DNA of 64,000 nucleotides from Thalia democratica (lineage: Eukaryota): the NCBI GenBank assembly GCA_965202585.1, contig OZ241831.1, forward strand, positions 5,332,001 to 5,396,000, in the 5' to 3' direction. Positions 26,941 to 40,300 of the stretch are shown piece by piece (positions within the stretch are counted from its first letter, which is position 1; each line of letters begins with the position of its first letter). Under the pieces are notes generated by a model, which saw nothing but the letters and a program-made list of their open reading frames with translations, was not told the origin of the DNA and made no database searches. A program made the position numbers and the translations under genes.

Positions 26941-29900
26941 TTAGAAGTACAAAGTTATTGTTGTTATTAAATTTTTGATTGGTTTCAATAAAAAATAACT
27001 TAAGCCGTTTGTCTTACTTCATTATTATCAAATACTTTTTGATATTAAAGAAACACATTGAAAAAAATATACCGATTTTATTTTATAAAACTAATTTAAT
27101 ATTTTTAAGTGAGTGTTAAACACTTTTTCTAATCAAAAAAGTAAGAATCTTAAGAAAAACATAATAACTTCACAATAAAAACAATTATGTACTTAAAAAA
27201 CTACAGAGCATATGAAAAGTCTTGATATTTTTTATTGCAAACAAATTTTATTTGTAATTGTAGAAGCGCATTGAAAACAAGTGTGTATTTTTACAAAGAA
27301 CAAATAAGTTTAATTTTCTTAACTTTTAGTGGTAAATAATTTTTTTACACCTTTTTTAATAAAAATAAAGATGTGTTTAAGAAACTAAAACTCACAAGGA
27401 TTGTCCGGAAGTTTTTTTTTTTTTTTGAATGTTAAATAATAATTGTGTGCTCCATAAAGTTTTAAGAAAATGTGTTTGTTGCGAATAAGTGTTTAAAATA
27501 CGATATTTTGATAATATGCGAAACTTCATCTTCCTGATTGTTTTCATAATTTAAGAAACCAGGATAAATCTTTAACAACACGAAACAAGTTACTTTTACT
27601 TATGAAAGTGTGCTTATAGTTTCTGGAAGTCTTTTCTGAATTGACTTCACCACAAATTAATCGTGGGTCAGTCGATCAAGAATGTAATTATTTCGTTTTG
27701 TAGCTGATACGTCTTTAGGTCAGCTGAGTTCTAATAGTCGTTTAAACACAAAAATAAATCTAGTAGTTTTAATTAGTGCTTGTCACTAACTGTTTTTAAA
27801 ACTTTAACATATTTTACTGCAGTGTAAAATTTTAACTGAATTTTGTTAACTGAAATCTTGTTTTACGGTGCAAAATAAACATAAGTCGTTATTCCAAAAC
27901 ATTTTACTTAGACATAAAACATTAGGTAGACTGTTACTTACAGACTGGTATAAAAGGTAGGTAGAATATAATTAAATAGACTTTAAGCTTAACGATAACT
28001 TTTTTTAATAATAAACAAAATTTTATATTTAAACGACTTTCATAAGTGAAAATGTATAAAATAGTTATATAAGTTAGTGTTTTATACAAAAGATTTTATA
28101 TATTTTTTGAGTTTTGTTTTGCTACTAAACTCAGTGTCTTTTATACCAATACTTCAAATTAGTTTTTTTAAATGACTGTCATAAAACTAAGTTTAATGAG
28201 TAATTAAACAAATCTTTGTATTTGGAAAAAAAAACTAAAAACAACAAATTATTATCACTTTTTTTCAAAACTGAAAGGAAAATAAATTATAAAGTCAACA
28301 AACAATCAACAGCACAACAAAGAAATATAATGTTTGTTAGCTACATACAAAGTATAGTGTAGTACAAAATTATACTAATACCAGTCACAAAATTTATAAT
28401 GCATGTTTATTTATATGATAAAAAAGAATACGTTAATCAAATTTAATATAATGATAACTCGTTTTACTGCAGACCATATTAAATAAGTCTGCAATGAAAA
28501 CTACTTAAATTTTATTCGCAGTTCAGTAAGCTGTTTAAACAGGAAAGATAGATTAGTTATTGTTTTGATAACTATTCAAGCATATTATTATAGAAAGTGT
28601 GTTCTGAAAAGGATTGCACAATCAAACATGTTTTGTAGAAAAATGTCTGGTCTTGACCGCAACAACGGCTAAGCATCTCTTTAATAAATTACACGTATTA
28701 AATTAATTATTTTTTAAATAAATTTAAATTTAAAGTAACTTTAAACCTATTTGCCATTGTTTTATGAACTAATTATTGCTATCGATCAAAACAGAAGTCA
28801 GTTCAGTAAATATAAGATAACGTATTAAGTAGTATGTAACACATAGTAGTTTGAAAATTTAGATTAATGTTTAAAATGAAAGTTTTGCAAAGATACATAC
28901 ACAGTTTTCTTTAGGTTATCAAGTTTAAAAAATAAAACTAACTCAATAACTACAATTAGTTTTATGACATTATTTTATTGATTAAAATTTTTATTATTAA
29001 AAAAATAAAAACTAGGCATAAAACGTTTGTTATTTGGTTTATGAGTTCTTTTAAAATAAATTATAAAACTTTTCAGGGAAATTAAAACAAAATTAGTATA
29101 GTTCAAACTTTGACTATGAGCTCTTTGTAATTATACAACTGTCATAAATTTAAAACATATCAACTTAAAGGTGTTCTCGTTAGCTTTTATTGTTGTTCTT
29201 CCTCTTTATTCATAATATTTTGTCGTTTTAAATTTCAACAACTAAACTTTTTATTAAAAATACCACCCGCAGAATATAAAGCAAAGGAAACATTGCAAGA
29301 TTAAAATGTGCTTAATAGGCATGTAATTGTATTAAGTATGAAGGGACAATTGTAATTGTTGTGCTCACGTTTAGATGACTGGTTATGATAACATAAATAT
29401 TTCTAATGTTAAATTCAGCATGTTTTTTAAACCGTTAAATTACCGTTGACCGTTTTTTAAAAGGTTTAGTGTCACGACCCTTGGTTTTAAGTATTAAAAT
29501 ATTTAGATATTTGCAAACAAAGTTTTATGTGTTTTTTATGTATTATGTATTTACCTTAAACTGGCGCAAATAAAGCTATTTAGTCTAAGAAACACCTTAA
29601 TGTAAAATAAAAATAAATTTTAATAAAAGTGTTTTACTTTTTAACTTTTTTTGTAGCTTAAAATTATATGCTCAAATAGTCAAAAAGTTTTAAAAAGTTG
29701 TGAAAGTTTAAACTAACTTTCATTGATTTAATTTTCAGTAGGGACACATTCTATTTTTACCGATTAAATTATGTGCTACAAGATAAAAGTATTTCATTAA
29801 TCAATGCGATGTACAAACAGATGTAAAAAGTATTTAATTAGGAGAGCTTTATTGTTCAGTATCTTTATTTATTTGTAAAAATATTATTGAAGTATGTTTT

Positions 29901-30828
29901 TTCTGTACCTTAATTAAAATATACTTATAGAATAACTTTTTGTTTCATTCAGTTAGTTTAATCAAGTTCTTTTAACGAACTAAAAGTAAAGTTTTAATCT
30001 TTCTCGTTTGCGTTTTTTAGCTAAGTCTTCTCGCGTATTCTTCTACTTTAAAATAAAACCTACTTTCCAACTTGATATTCACAAAATGTTTAAAAGGATT
30101 ACAGCTTTATAACAAATAACTAGAGTATGAAATACTTTAATTTAATTTTTTTTTTTACTTTATTTCAGTTTTTAATAGAGTAAACTTTGTACAGCAACAT
30201 TTAGTAAACTAATTTTGTTACTATTTCAGAGTATGAAGAATCCGAATTTTTCAAAACTATTACAAGTTGATAACTTAAAACTACCTTAAAACAGTTTTTT
30301 ATTGAAACACAAAAGCTAATTTGTAAAAACAGCATGACAAAGTCATAGGTTTTATCAAAAGATCAATAAATAATGTTTTTATAATATTCGTTTATATGTT
30401 AAACAACTGAAACATCCAAAGCATATTAGTCTAATAATGTAAATAGAAAATAGTTTTTTATAAGTTGATACTTGTAATCACACATAAAGCGTTTTTATAT
30501 TTGTTTCGATTTCGAAATAAAACACTACTTGGTTGTTAGAGTTTTGTTCAGTTTATTTATACAAAACAAAACATTTTCCATTTTATACTTGTTTTTCACA
30601 ACTTTATCATTTTTAAATTGATTTTTTTTCAGGTAGTAAGTAAAGTTTAAAAATTAATAACTTGTTTTATGTAAAAACAGTTTACTTTTTTTAACTGAAA
30701 ATATTGTTTAAGTGCATAGCAACCGCGCTGAACTTTTTTTTTTGCGAAAATTATAAAGCGAAGCGTTTGGGAAGCATTCAAGTTACAGGAAGTGTATTGA
30801 CAGCATCAGTTTACAACCAGTTTCAAAT

Positions 30829-30893
30829 TTTTATTTCAAAGTTTTATTTCAAAGTTTCATCTCAAAGTTTTATTTCAAAGTTTTATTTCAAAG
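30829..30893. repeat. 13-bp tandem repeat x5 (TTTTATTTCAAAG)
   Basis: Four exact copies and one variant (TTTCATCTCAAAG), about 490 bp upstream of the LRR gene ATG. Confidence 0.95.
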
Positions 30894-31378
30894 TTTTAAG
30901 TTTAATGCATAGTAGTAGCATATGGCTTAAAAACCTTTTATTGTAAAATAGATTTTTTTTTTTCATATTTTATGTTAATTTACACGTTCATAAACTAAAC
31001 ACGTGTTGAAAGGTTAACTGTTTTTTTTTCAAGTAACTATTGAAGTATTTTAACCAAACTAGAAACTTAAAGCTGCTGTTTTAATAAAAGAAACATTTTT
31101 AAGTTATTTATTTTATTAAAGCAAAACATTCAATCACAAATTGTAAAAAAAAGTTATTGAAAAAAAATCTACAAGTTGCCAAAATATCAGTAAAATATTA
31201 CAAATAAGTAATCTAATTACAACAATAAAAACTAGACAAATTTATCAAAGTTTTGTTTGTTTAATTTGAATATTAGAGAAGAATTTGTATTTTTTTTTTT
31301 TGGCTAGTTGACTACTTAAATAAAGTGTTGTTTATATTTTTCAGCATTTGCTTAAAGAGATAAAAACGACATATAATC

Positions 31379-31426
31379 ATGAAAACAAACTCAAAAATTA
31401 GTTTCATTACTGAGAAACTTACCCTG
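31379..31426 (+). CDS. LRR receptor exon 1 (start of signal peptide)
   Basis: MKTNSKISFITEKLTL|GTAAAT; joins exon 2 LLVFSVSAVAAG to form a plausible signal peptide. Confidence 0.7.
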
Positions 31427-34308
31427 GTAAATACGTAATAAAAAATTACTTTATTTTAACGGTTTCAAAATGGTTTCTTTCTTTTAAACTAATTAGAATT
31501 TTTTTTTTTTTTGAAGATTTTTTATAAATTTTAATAAGCTTATGTGATTTTACCTTAAAGTAATTTTACGTTTTTTTCTTAATTTCAGTTATACTATGAT
31601 AGATACACTATTTAGGGTGAATGAGAATTAAGATTTTGATTTTATTTTTTTATGGCTATCGTTTAAGTGAATGCTTAATGTTTAAAACAATTTTTTGGAA
31701 GATCTAAGCTAGGTACTCAAAAAAAAATTATGTTGATCACTTTTCATATTTATATATATGAATATAACTTTTTCTTTTCTAATTTTACTCTAGCTTCCAG
31801 CTTATATTTATTAAACATTTTCGTTTAAACTATACTCATTTTTTCAGTTGTTGGTGTTTTCAGTGAGTGCTGTTGCAGCTGGTTTCGACTGCCTACCCGG
31901 ATGCATTTGCGACATAAATGAGGACCATTTGCTGGCAAACTGCACGGATACGTCAGTTAGCCAGGTTCCCACGACAGACAATCAGTTCATTTACCAGGTA
32001 AAATGTTCAAAGTTTGTAAAAATGTACTGTTTGTATAAATTAGATATATAAAACTTCATGCTTATTACAGTATTATTGACAGATATAGATTAAACAAAAG
32101 CTTGTGCTTTATAATGCACATTGGTGAACTGCGCGGTATTTGACCTGCCAAACATAAATACTTTGTTTATTTTATAAAAGCGAGTTAAAATTAACTACTT
32201 TATGAATTGTTTTTAATTAAAACTTAGAAGTAAAATGATAATTTAATTGTGGGTAGGCAATGGTAATACTTTATATATTATTAAATTTAAAAACGAATTC
32301 TTTTTTAGCGTAAATTAATCAAAATAAGATGCAAAACATTTGTTGTTTAATCCTAAACGTTACTTATAAAAAGCTGTTGTACGGCACAAGTACTCATAAA
32401 ATGTTGTTCAAATGTTACTTCTAGCAAACAAAATGTTTAACACGTACCAAGTTTGTTACTTTTTTAATTTATTAGTTTTGGAAGCTACAATATTTTAATC
32501 ATAAGCATCTGACTACACTAATGGCCGAACATAAATTTATCAGTACCGATTACGGAAAGTGACTTAACTAACAAATTGAAAGCGTAAAAGGTATTATTAC
32601 CATTTAAAGTCCAAAACTATATTCTAAAAAAAATTTCTAGGTTAACGAACTTATACTGAGTTACAATGGTATAATAAGGATTCGATCAGACAATTTCAAA
32701 AACTACAACAGTTTAGAAAAATTAGTATTGAACGGTAACAAGTTGCAATTTTTCGAAAAAGACTCATTTCTTCCATTTAAAAAAAGGTAAATTATATTAA
32801 AAAGTTGTACACAATTTATTAATAAAAATAAAAAAATCAATACTCTAAGCTAATGAATTTTAATATCCTCTGTTTTAAAACTTTTATTTGGTTATGTTTG
32901 AAAATAAGATTCTTTATTTAAAAATCTAACTTTACATTTACCTCATCTTTTTTATAACTTTTTAGTGTAAAAGCTTTTGAAACCAAGTTTTTTTTTTAAT
33001 TTGCATGGTTATTTTGTATTTATAATTTTATTTTATTTTGGTTGTTTATATTCTTAAAGCTTAGCACCTTTTTTACTTAAAAACCTGTAAAAACTAACTT
33101 CTGTTCCAAGTTTATAAAAAACAATATATCAACTAAACATTTGCTATTTAAGATGATATATTTTCTAAAAATCTACATAAAGTTTGAAAATAGCTTTTTA
33201 ACTAGTGTGTCTAATAATAGCTTTATTTTAATTTTTGATATCAATTTATGAAAAAAAAAGAATTTAAAAATTAATTATTACTTCTATTTTTGTATTTAGT
33301 TTATTTTTTTAAAAATAGGTAAACCTATGATAACTTTAAAATGTATAAATGTTTTACTTAATTTTTACACTTTATAAAAAGTTATTCATCCTACTTTTAA
33401 ATCATGTCAAAAGTTTGAAAATATTTTTTGTCTGTTATTTATTTAGTTAAGTGCAAAATTCCAATTAAAAAACAAAATATTTAAATATCAGTGCAGGTTT
33501 AATATTAGAGTAATTAATTGATAAAGAAACTATAGAAAGACAAGCTGTAAAAAGTGAAAAAAATTATAAAACAAAACAAACAAAGCTTTTTTATTAAGAT
33601 TTTTCTTACCTTAAACTTAAAACTTAAGCATAGCTTTTTAGTTTAAGCGTTTAAATACATTAAACATTTTCCCATTTATAACTATTATTTTAGAAAGTTT
33701 TTACAAGTTTTTTTATGAAAATTGAAATATATTTCTGTTATGTTCAAAACAGATGAATAAAACGTAAACACACAAAGATTAATGTTTGTTATTTCAACGC
33801 CAATTCAAAGCGAGCCTAATCTTACAAAGTTAATGAAGTAAAACAAAACATTTTCGTTCAAAACCAGCTCGTTAACAAAAACGCTTCACCGTGGTAACAA
33901 AAAGGTTTTTTAACTAAAACATTCTAAACACTCACGCTCAAACAATTTTCCACCCGAACAAGTTTAATACCGAAACTTAACAATCCGCAATAAATTACCG
34001 CCGAAACCGAGCGAATAATTGTAATAAATGTTTTTTTTTAATTTCAGCGGCAAACTGACGTATTTAGACGCATCGAGCAATTTTCTGACGAACACCAGGG
34101 GATTGAACGAGTTGGCTGACGTTTGCGGTTCGATCACCCACCTACTGCTGGCCTACAACCGGGTCAACCTGATACCTGATTTTTTCAGGAGGATGGCCAG
34201 GTTGCGGGTTTTGGACCTGAGCCACAACGATGTTGTGACGCTGCCACCAAGTACCTGTTTGTTTGATAAGTAATTTAAATATTTTAAATTAACTTTCATA
34301 TTATTTGT

Positions 34309-34339
<31 letters not shown>

Positions 34340-37300
34340 TTATTTATACATTTATTATATTTTAAAGTTTTCTATGTTGTAGGAAACAAAGACTTTTAAT
34401 AAGCAACCGAATGCCATTTATAAATCCAAATAGTTATTATAGTTGTTTTTAGCTATCCTTTTAAATGTAAACTAACAACGGATGGCTGTAAGTCTTATAT
34501 TTTCAGCAGTCTGTTTCTTTCTTGTTTAATTAAACTGTTTTGAAGGTCGTTTGACTAATTTGTTTTGGACAAAATAAATTGTGGGCGTTAATCATAATTA
34601 CGAGTTATTTTAGGTGCAATCAAAAAATATTATTGAAGTTCTTAATAAAAATTAGCTATTTTTTGTTAAATAAATCTTCAAACTGTATGCCTTACTTCAA
34701 GTAACACTAAAGCTATAAGTTACTTTAACAAAGATTTAAAGAAATCTACCATTAAACAGCTTGTTGATTTTCAACTATTAAAGTTTAAGTTTTTTCTGTA
34801 CTAAGTAATTTAGTATAAAGTTAAGCAGTTTAATCAAAACACTTAACTTTTGTTTTTTCAAAACAAATAAAAGAAACAATGGTGAAAGTTATAATGTTAA
34901 TTAGCTTTCCACTACAATTTGTTGTATAAAACACTTTTCAATAACTTCGTACTTACTTTTAAGTATATTAAATGAAAAATAAACACAAATAAGTAATATT
35001 TACTAGTTATTGTTTTTGATAAGAATAAAATGTACTTGAAATGGAGATATATTCAAAAACTCTTAACTATATATTTTTTGATTTCAACCAATTTAAATTT
35101 TCTCTACTCTACGGGTGGGCAACTTTTTAGTCGGTCGGGCTATATTTAAAAAAAAAGTTTCTTTGTGGTTTGAACCTGTAAAAATAATTTATAGGCTGCG
35201 TATGTTTAAAAAATTTTCTATAAAACGCAAATTTTTTTTTTCTTAAATTGGAATAAGTTAATTATGTAACAACTAAAAAACACTCTAAAATACAAAAAAA
35301 AAGCTAAACGCATATTCTATAACATTTTTTTATTCAAAACACCAACACTAACTTGTTTCAACACGACCTTTTCAAGCTAGAAGTATGCTAGGGCAACTAT
35401 AACAAATTTCAACATTTTAAGTTTTTAGTCACGATATGTAACATATCTGTTATTTTCTTTTAGTATGCTTTTATAAAACTTTTACATTAGTTATGTCATA
35501 GCTAGATTTAAAGATCAAAGTTTGTATTGTGTAAAACATGAAACTTAGTTCGAAAAATAAGCATAAAAGGTTTGAAATCTGTAATTAAATTATAAAATTT
35601 GCTTCTCTTTAACGCATTACTTAAAACAACTAAAAAACATAAAATAAACGACATGTAAATTTTTCCGTTCAAAACTACTAATTGAATCAAATGTTAAAAC
35701 CGATTTTAAGGTTTTTTTTATTACTTTTATACCACTTTTAGTTGCCTACTTAAGCATCCTAAATTTAAATTGAAGAGATTTTGTTTATGTACGTAGAGAG
35801 GTAATAATCATAATCTTAATTGTATAGCTAAACTGTAAACAACTTTTGCTAGGAGTACGAAATTAGATTTTTAAATATGACGTACTTAATTTTTTGCAAC
35901 TTTCATTAACAACTTAGACAAATACGTATACAAACTTAACTATTTAAAAAATAAAAGGTTTATACGATCGTATTTTATATATATAAATTAAATAAATATT
36001 TAGCTCCAAATCAAGTTCTCGAGCGCTATCGACCAAAACTTTAAAAAAGCTATAAATATGTATGGGGTCTAAAAGACGCAAATAAAGACTATAATTTAAA
36101 GTGTGAAAAACTCTGCAGAACTAAAAGAAAACAAAAAAACATGCCATTTATGTTGCTTAGAAAAGTACGAAATCAAAAAATCGAAAAATATTTATCATTA
36201 AATAAAAGAAAAGAAAGGCAGCAACCCTGTCTCCACAATCAAAACATGTATTTTAAAAGAATAAAAACCACTAATCAATAAAAACAAATAGCAATAAAAT
36301 AAAACTAAAAACAAGAAAAAACAACGCAAAAAATAAGTTAACTTGTACATAAGTTATTTTCAAAATAAGATAATTAAAATTATTAAATTAATTTGAAACG
36401 TCATAATGTGTTTTTTGGGTCATTTTAAAAAATTTTGCTGTGTACTTTATTTTGTTCTGAAGATACGGTGTTTAAACGTTGAAACTAAAGAAACGATACG
36501 AAAATTAGTTGTTTATTTGTATTATAAAAATATATATATATATCTAAATAGAGCTTATAAAAAGAATTAAAGTTTAAGTTCGTGATACAACCCTTTTGAA
36601 TCCATTATCGTTTTACTTTTACACTGATAAGTAAATAAACTGTGCACTTTCAACAATTTTTTATTTAAATCCATACTTAAAAGTTTACAAGATACGATTT
36701 CTTTATCAAAATAATTTTATTAGTATTCAAATCTCCAAATTTCTTATTGAAAATCAAAGTTCTAAATGTTCCTAAAAGTATTTAAAATAGATTGAGATGT
36801 TTTTAATCAAGTTGCTTTATGTCATTAACTAAGAATCTTTTATTATTTACGGATCTGAATGCTGAAGTTACTTTGTTGTGTTTCATCATTAAGCTTTTTT
36901 TTATCACGATTAACATATTTGCTTGGTAGCATAAAAGAATAAATACTGCTCAATAATTAAGTAAGAAATATATATTTTTAATTCTAATTTTTATAGTTAG
37001 TTTAGATTCAAAAAATTAAAAGTATTTTTTAGTGTAAATATTAAAAAAAAGGTTTCGGAAACATATCTATTAAAAGCAATGAAAAATAAACCATAATTCC
37101 ATAAGATTGTACTATAGATATGTTTTATACTTACTTTCTGTTAAAAGATATTTGTATATTTTTGCTGTTAAATCTTATTAACGTTTTCGATTATGATTCT
37201 TTCTTAACTGAAAAAAAACTTTTAACCAAAGAAGTTAATAGTACAAGGTTGTTGATAAACTGTAAAAAAAAAATTCTGTTGTATTCAAAACCACTGGATT

Positions 37301-40300
37301 ATTAATAGCTTCAATAAAATTAGTTTTATACAAATAATGTTATATTCAGAATTTTACTTATAAGCTATTTCCAGCAACAAAAACACTTTTCACAGTTTTT
37401 CTTATTACAATTTCTTACTAGGTTATAAAAAACTTGACTATTTTTTATAAAAAACACATAGAAAACAGTGTTATTGGTATAATATTTCATAAAAGTTAAA
37501 GTTTTATAAAAAGAGTTATTTTTAAATGTTTTATTTTTAGCTCCAATAAATAAAGAGTCACATTTAACTCTTTATACCTACTTAGATTACATTTAAAAAA
37601 TTAGAAAGTTAAAATAATATCTAAGTACCAAGAAACAAAAATTTCAATTATGTCTTAGTAAAGCAAAAGTTATTTATAAAAAGTCAAAATGCGTGTGAAC
37701 ATATACTTTTTGTTTCTATTCAGCCATAATTTAGTTCTGTAATGGATAACAAAACCCGCAGAGTCGTCAACAAAGTCGGTAATTTCGACCAGTACATGAA
37801 AGCGGTATATGAAGACGAATACAACTTGCTCGTTTTGCACAAATACAACAGCAACTTTGGCTCCTCCTTTCCCGCCATTTTGTTGTTGGCGCGGCACTTT
37901 CCAGAAGTTTCGTTTTGCCTCGCGGACGCCAACAGCCCAGGGATGAAATTTTCGGGGTTCTCAGTCCAGCATGACGATTACAAAAAGCCACAGTTTGAGC
38001 TTTTTTTTCAGCACCAGTGCATAAGAACTGTTAACAAACCATCTGATAGAAAACTGCAGGACTTTGTAGATCTTCTCTCTACTGTTATAAGTCATGAAAG
38101 TCTCAGGTTCAAAAAGGAACCTTTGCATTATGTTCTAGGTGCAATAGACGTGAGCAATTACGCTGCTGACAAGAAAGAAGAAGAAAGAGAAAAGAAAGAG
38201 AAAGTTAAAAACTTTTATACTGGCGATGAATTTGAATTCGTAAAAAGCGACGAATTTCAAACTGACCAAGCCTTCATGATTTTCACATACGACTCGAGTT
38301 TTCTGCTCGACAGCAGCTACCCCAAAGTGGTGAGAAACTTAGCTAAGGCATACCCCGAATGTGTGTTCGTTTCCAATGATAAAGAAGATTATTTCAAAGA
38401 CAAGGCAAACCACAACAGGCTTCATATTAGAGTTATCGAAAAACATCAAGAATTGCATCATGAAAATTTTGTGAGCTTACACGGAATAGCCAGTTTGTTA
38501 AAATACGAACATTCTGGTATATTTGACAGTTGCAATTTCGTTTTTGCCTCTTGCGCCAAAGAGGCATTGCATCTGATTAAAGAGAAGCCCGCAGTCATGG
38601 CGTTTGTTTATGACAAGGATGATGAAAAAAGTATTTATTCCGAAAACGCATTTTTCAACATTGTCCACGACTTTTCCTTCTACTACCTTCACATCACAGT
38701 GCTGCTCCTTGAGAAGGCTGTTACAGACGTTGTTGAGTTTCCACTAAAATATCAGTACGCAGGTCGCTTGAAGGTGTTAGGCTTTCAGCAAGGCCAGCTT
38801 CGGCACACTTCGTACATCAAAAGTTTGGACCAAATAGTGAGGAGCATCTTTGATTTTGGAAGAGAAGGAATTTCAAATCCAAGGCAGCTGAAAACACCTT
38901 CTAATTTGCTGATGTTTCATTTTTAGGGATGCTTTAGGTAGCTCTATGCGATTAAGTTTATTCAATTTGTTATGAATACCATATGTTTTTGTGAAGTTTT
39001 ATATTTTTGTTCGTTCGTGTATGAAATAAATTTTCGTTGAATAAAAGATCATTTTTGTCAAATATTTAGTGCTTCCTTTAGTTATCTGATCAGTGTTGGT
39101 AGTTTAAAAAAGTAATATTTAGGAGAAGTAGTTCAATTAATACCTATTGTATTTCATGAAAAACGGTTATAATAGTTAAGATAAGTTAAAAGGTATAAGA
39201 AATATGGTATACTTTAACACATCTTTAACTTTGATTTTTTTCGGTTTATTGTCTTTATTTATTTTGAATGTTACTAAATTTATACAACAACTATTTTGCA
39301 TACCCCTATTAACGTTCTTAGTACAATAAAAAACATTTTATGTAGCAGTTTTTTATCGATTAGTTAATTCTTAATTATTTTATACTTATAGTCTTTAGTT
39401 TAACTGTTTATGGAAGAAGGTTATGATATCTAGTTTAAAATTATGCAATGTTCATTGACTTAGCTAGTGCGTGCTACATACTTTTTAAAAGTTTTTGTCA
39501 TAGCTATGCGATTAAGTTTATTTAGTTTGTTAAAAATACCATATGTTTTTGTGAAGTTTTATATTTTTGTTCGTTCGTGTATGGAATAAATTTTCGTTGA
39601 ATAAAAGATTATTTATTTCAAACACATTGTCAGTTATCAGATCAGTTTTGGTAGTCTTTAAAGTATTATTTAGGAGAAGTAGTACTATTAATGCCTATTG
39701 TATACCATGAAAGAATGTTAAAACAGCTGAGAAAAAGCTAAAAAGATATAAGAAATACGATATACTTCTACACATCTTTAACTTATATTTGTTTCGGTTT
39801 ATGGTCTATTTATTTTGAATGTTACTCGATTTTTGCAATAAAAAACAATTTATTTTTCAGTTTTTATCCATTAGTTAATTCTTAGATATTTTATACATAT
39901 GTTTATACTGATAGACTTTAGTTAAACTGTTTATGGAAGAAGCAATGGTTATGATATCTAGTTAAAATTGTGCAATGCTAATACGTGCTACATACTACTT
40001 AAAAGCTTTTGTCATAAATTTAACATAATTCAGGATCACTACCACCATCCTTACTGTTGGCAAATTTTTCATTCAACTCGATCAAATATTTTGAAAATTC
40101 AACATTTTCCAACAACTCGAACCTGCAACACCTCATACTCAGCGACAATCAAGCTTCCAGTGACGTCATATTCCACGTCTCGTCGTTTCTTCCGTTGAAA
40201 AATCTCGTTACGCTTGACTTGTCGAGGTAGTTTACTCAAAATTTAACAGGTTAAAATTAAGTTATAATAATAAGATTACAATCGACATGACATATGCCTA

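Noticed and set aside
27380-27720. Possible further minus-strand exon (donor-like GTGAGT near 27393) or LRR exon 7' remnant
   Set aside because: No similarity to exon 7, the frame is closed by stops, and a poly-A run interrupts it.
35110-35400. hAT-like left end (ACGGGTGGGCAACTTTT..CGGGC)
   Set aside because: No right end or TSD found; too degenerate to delimit.
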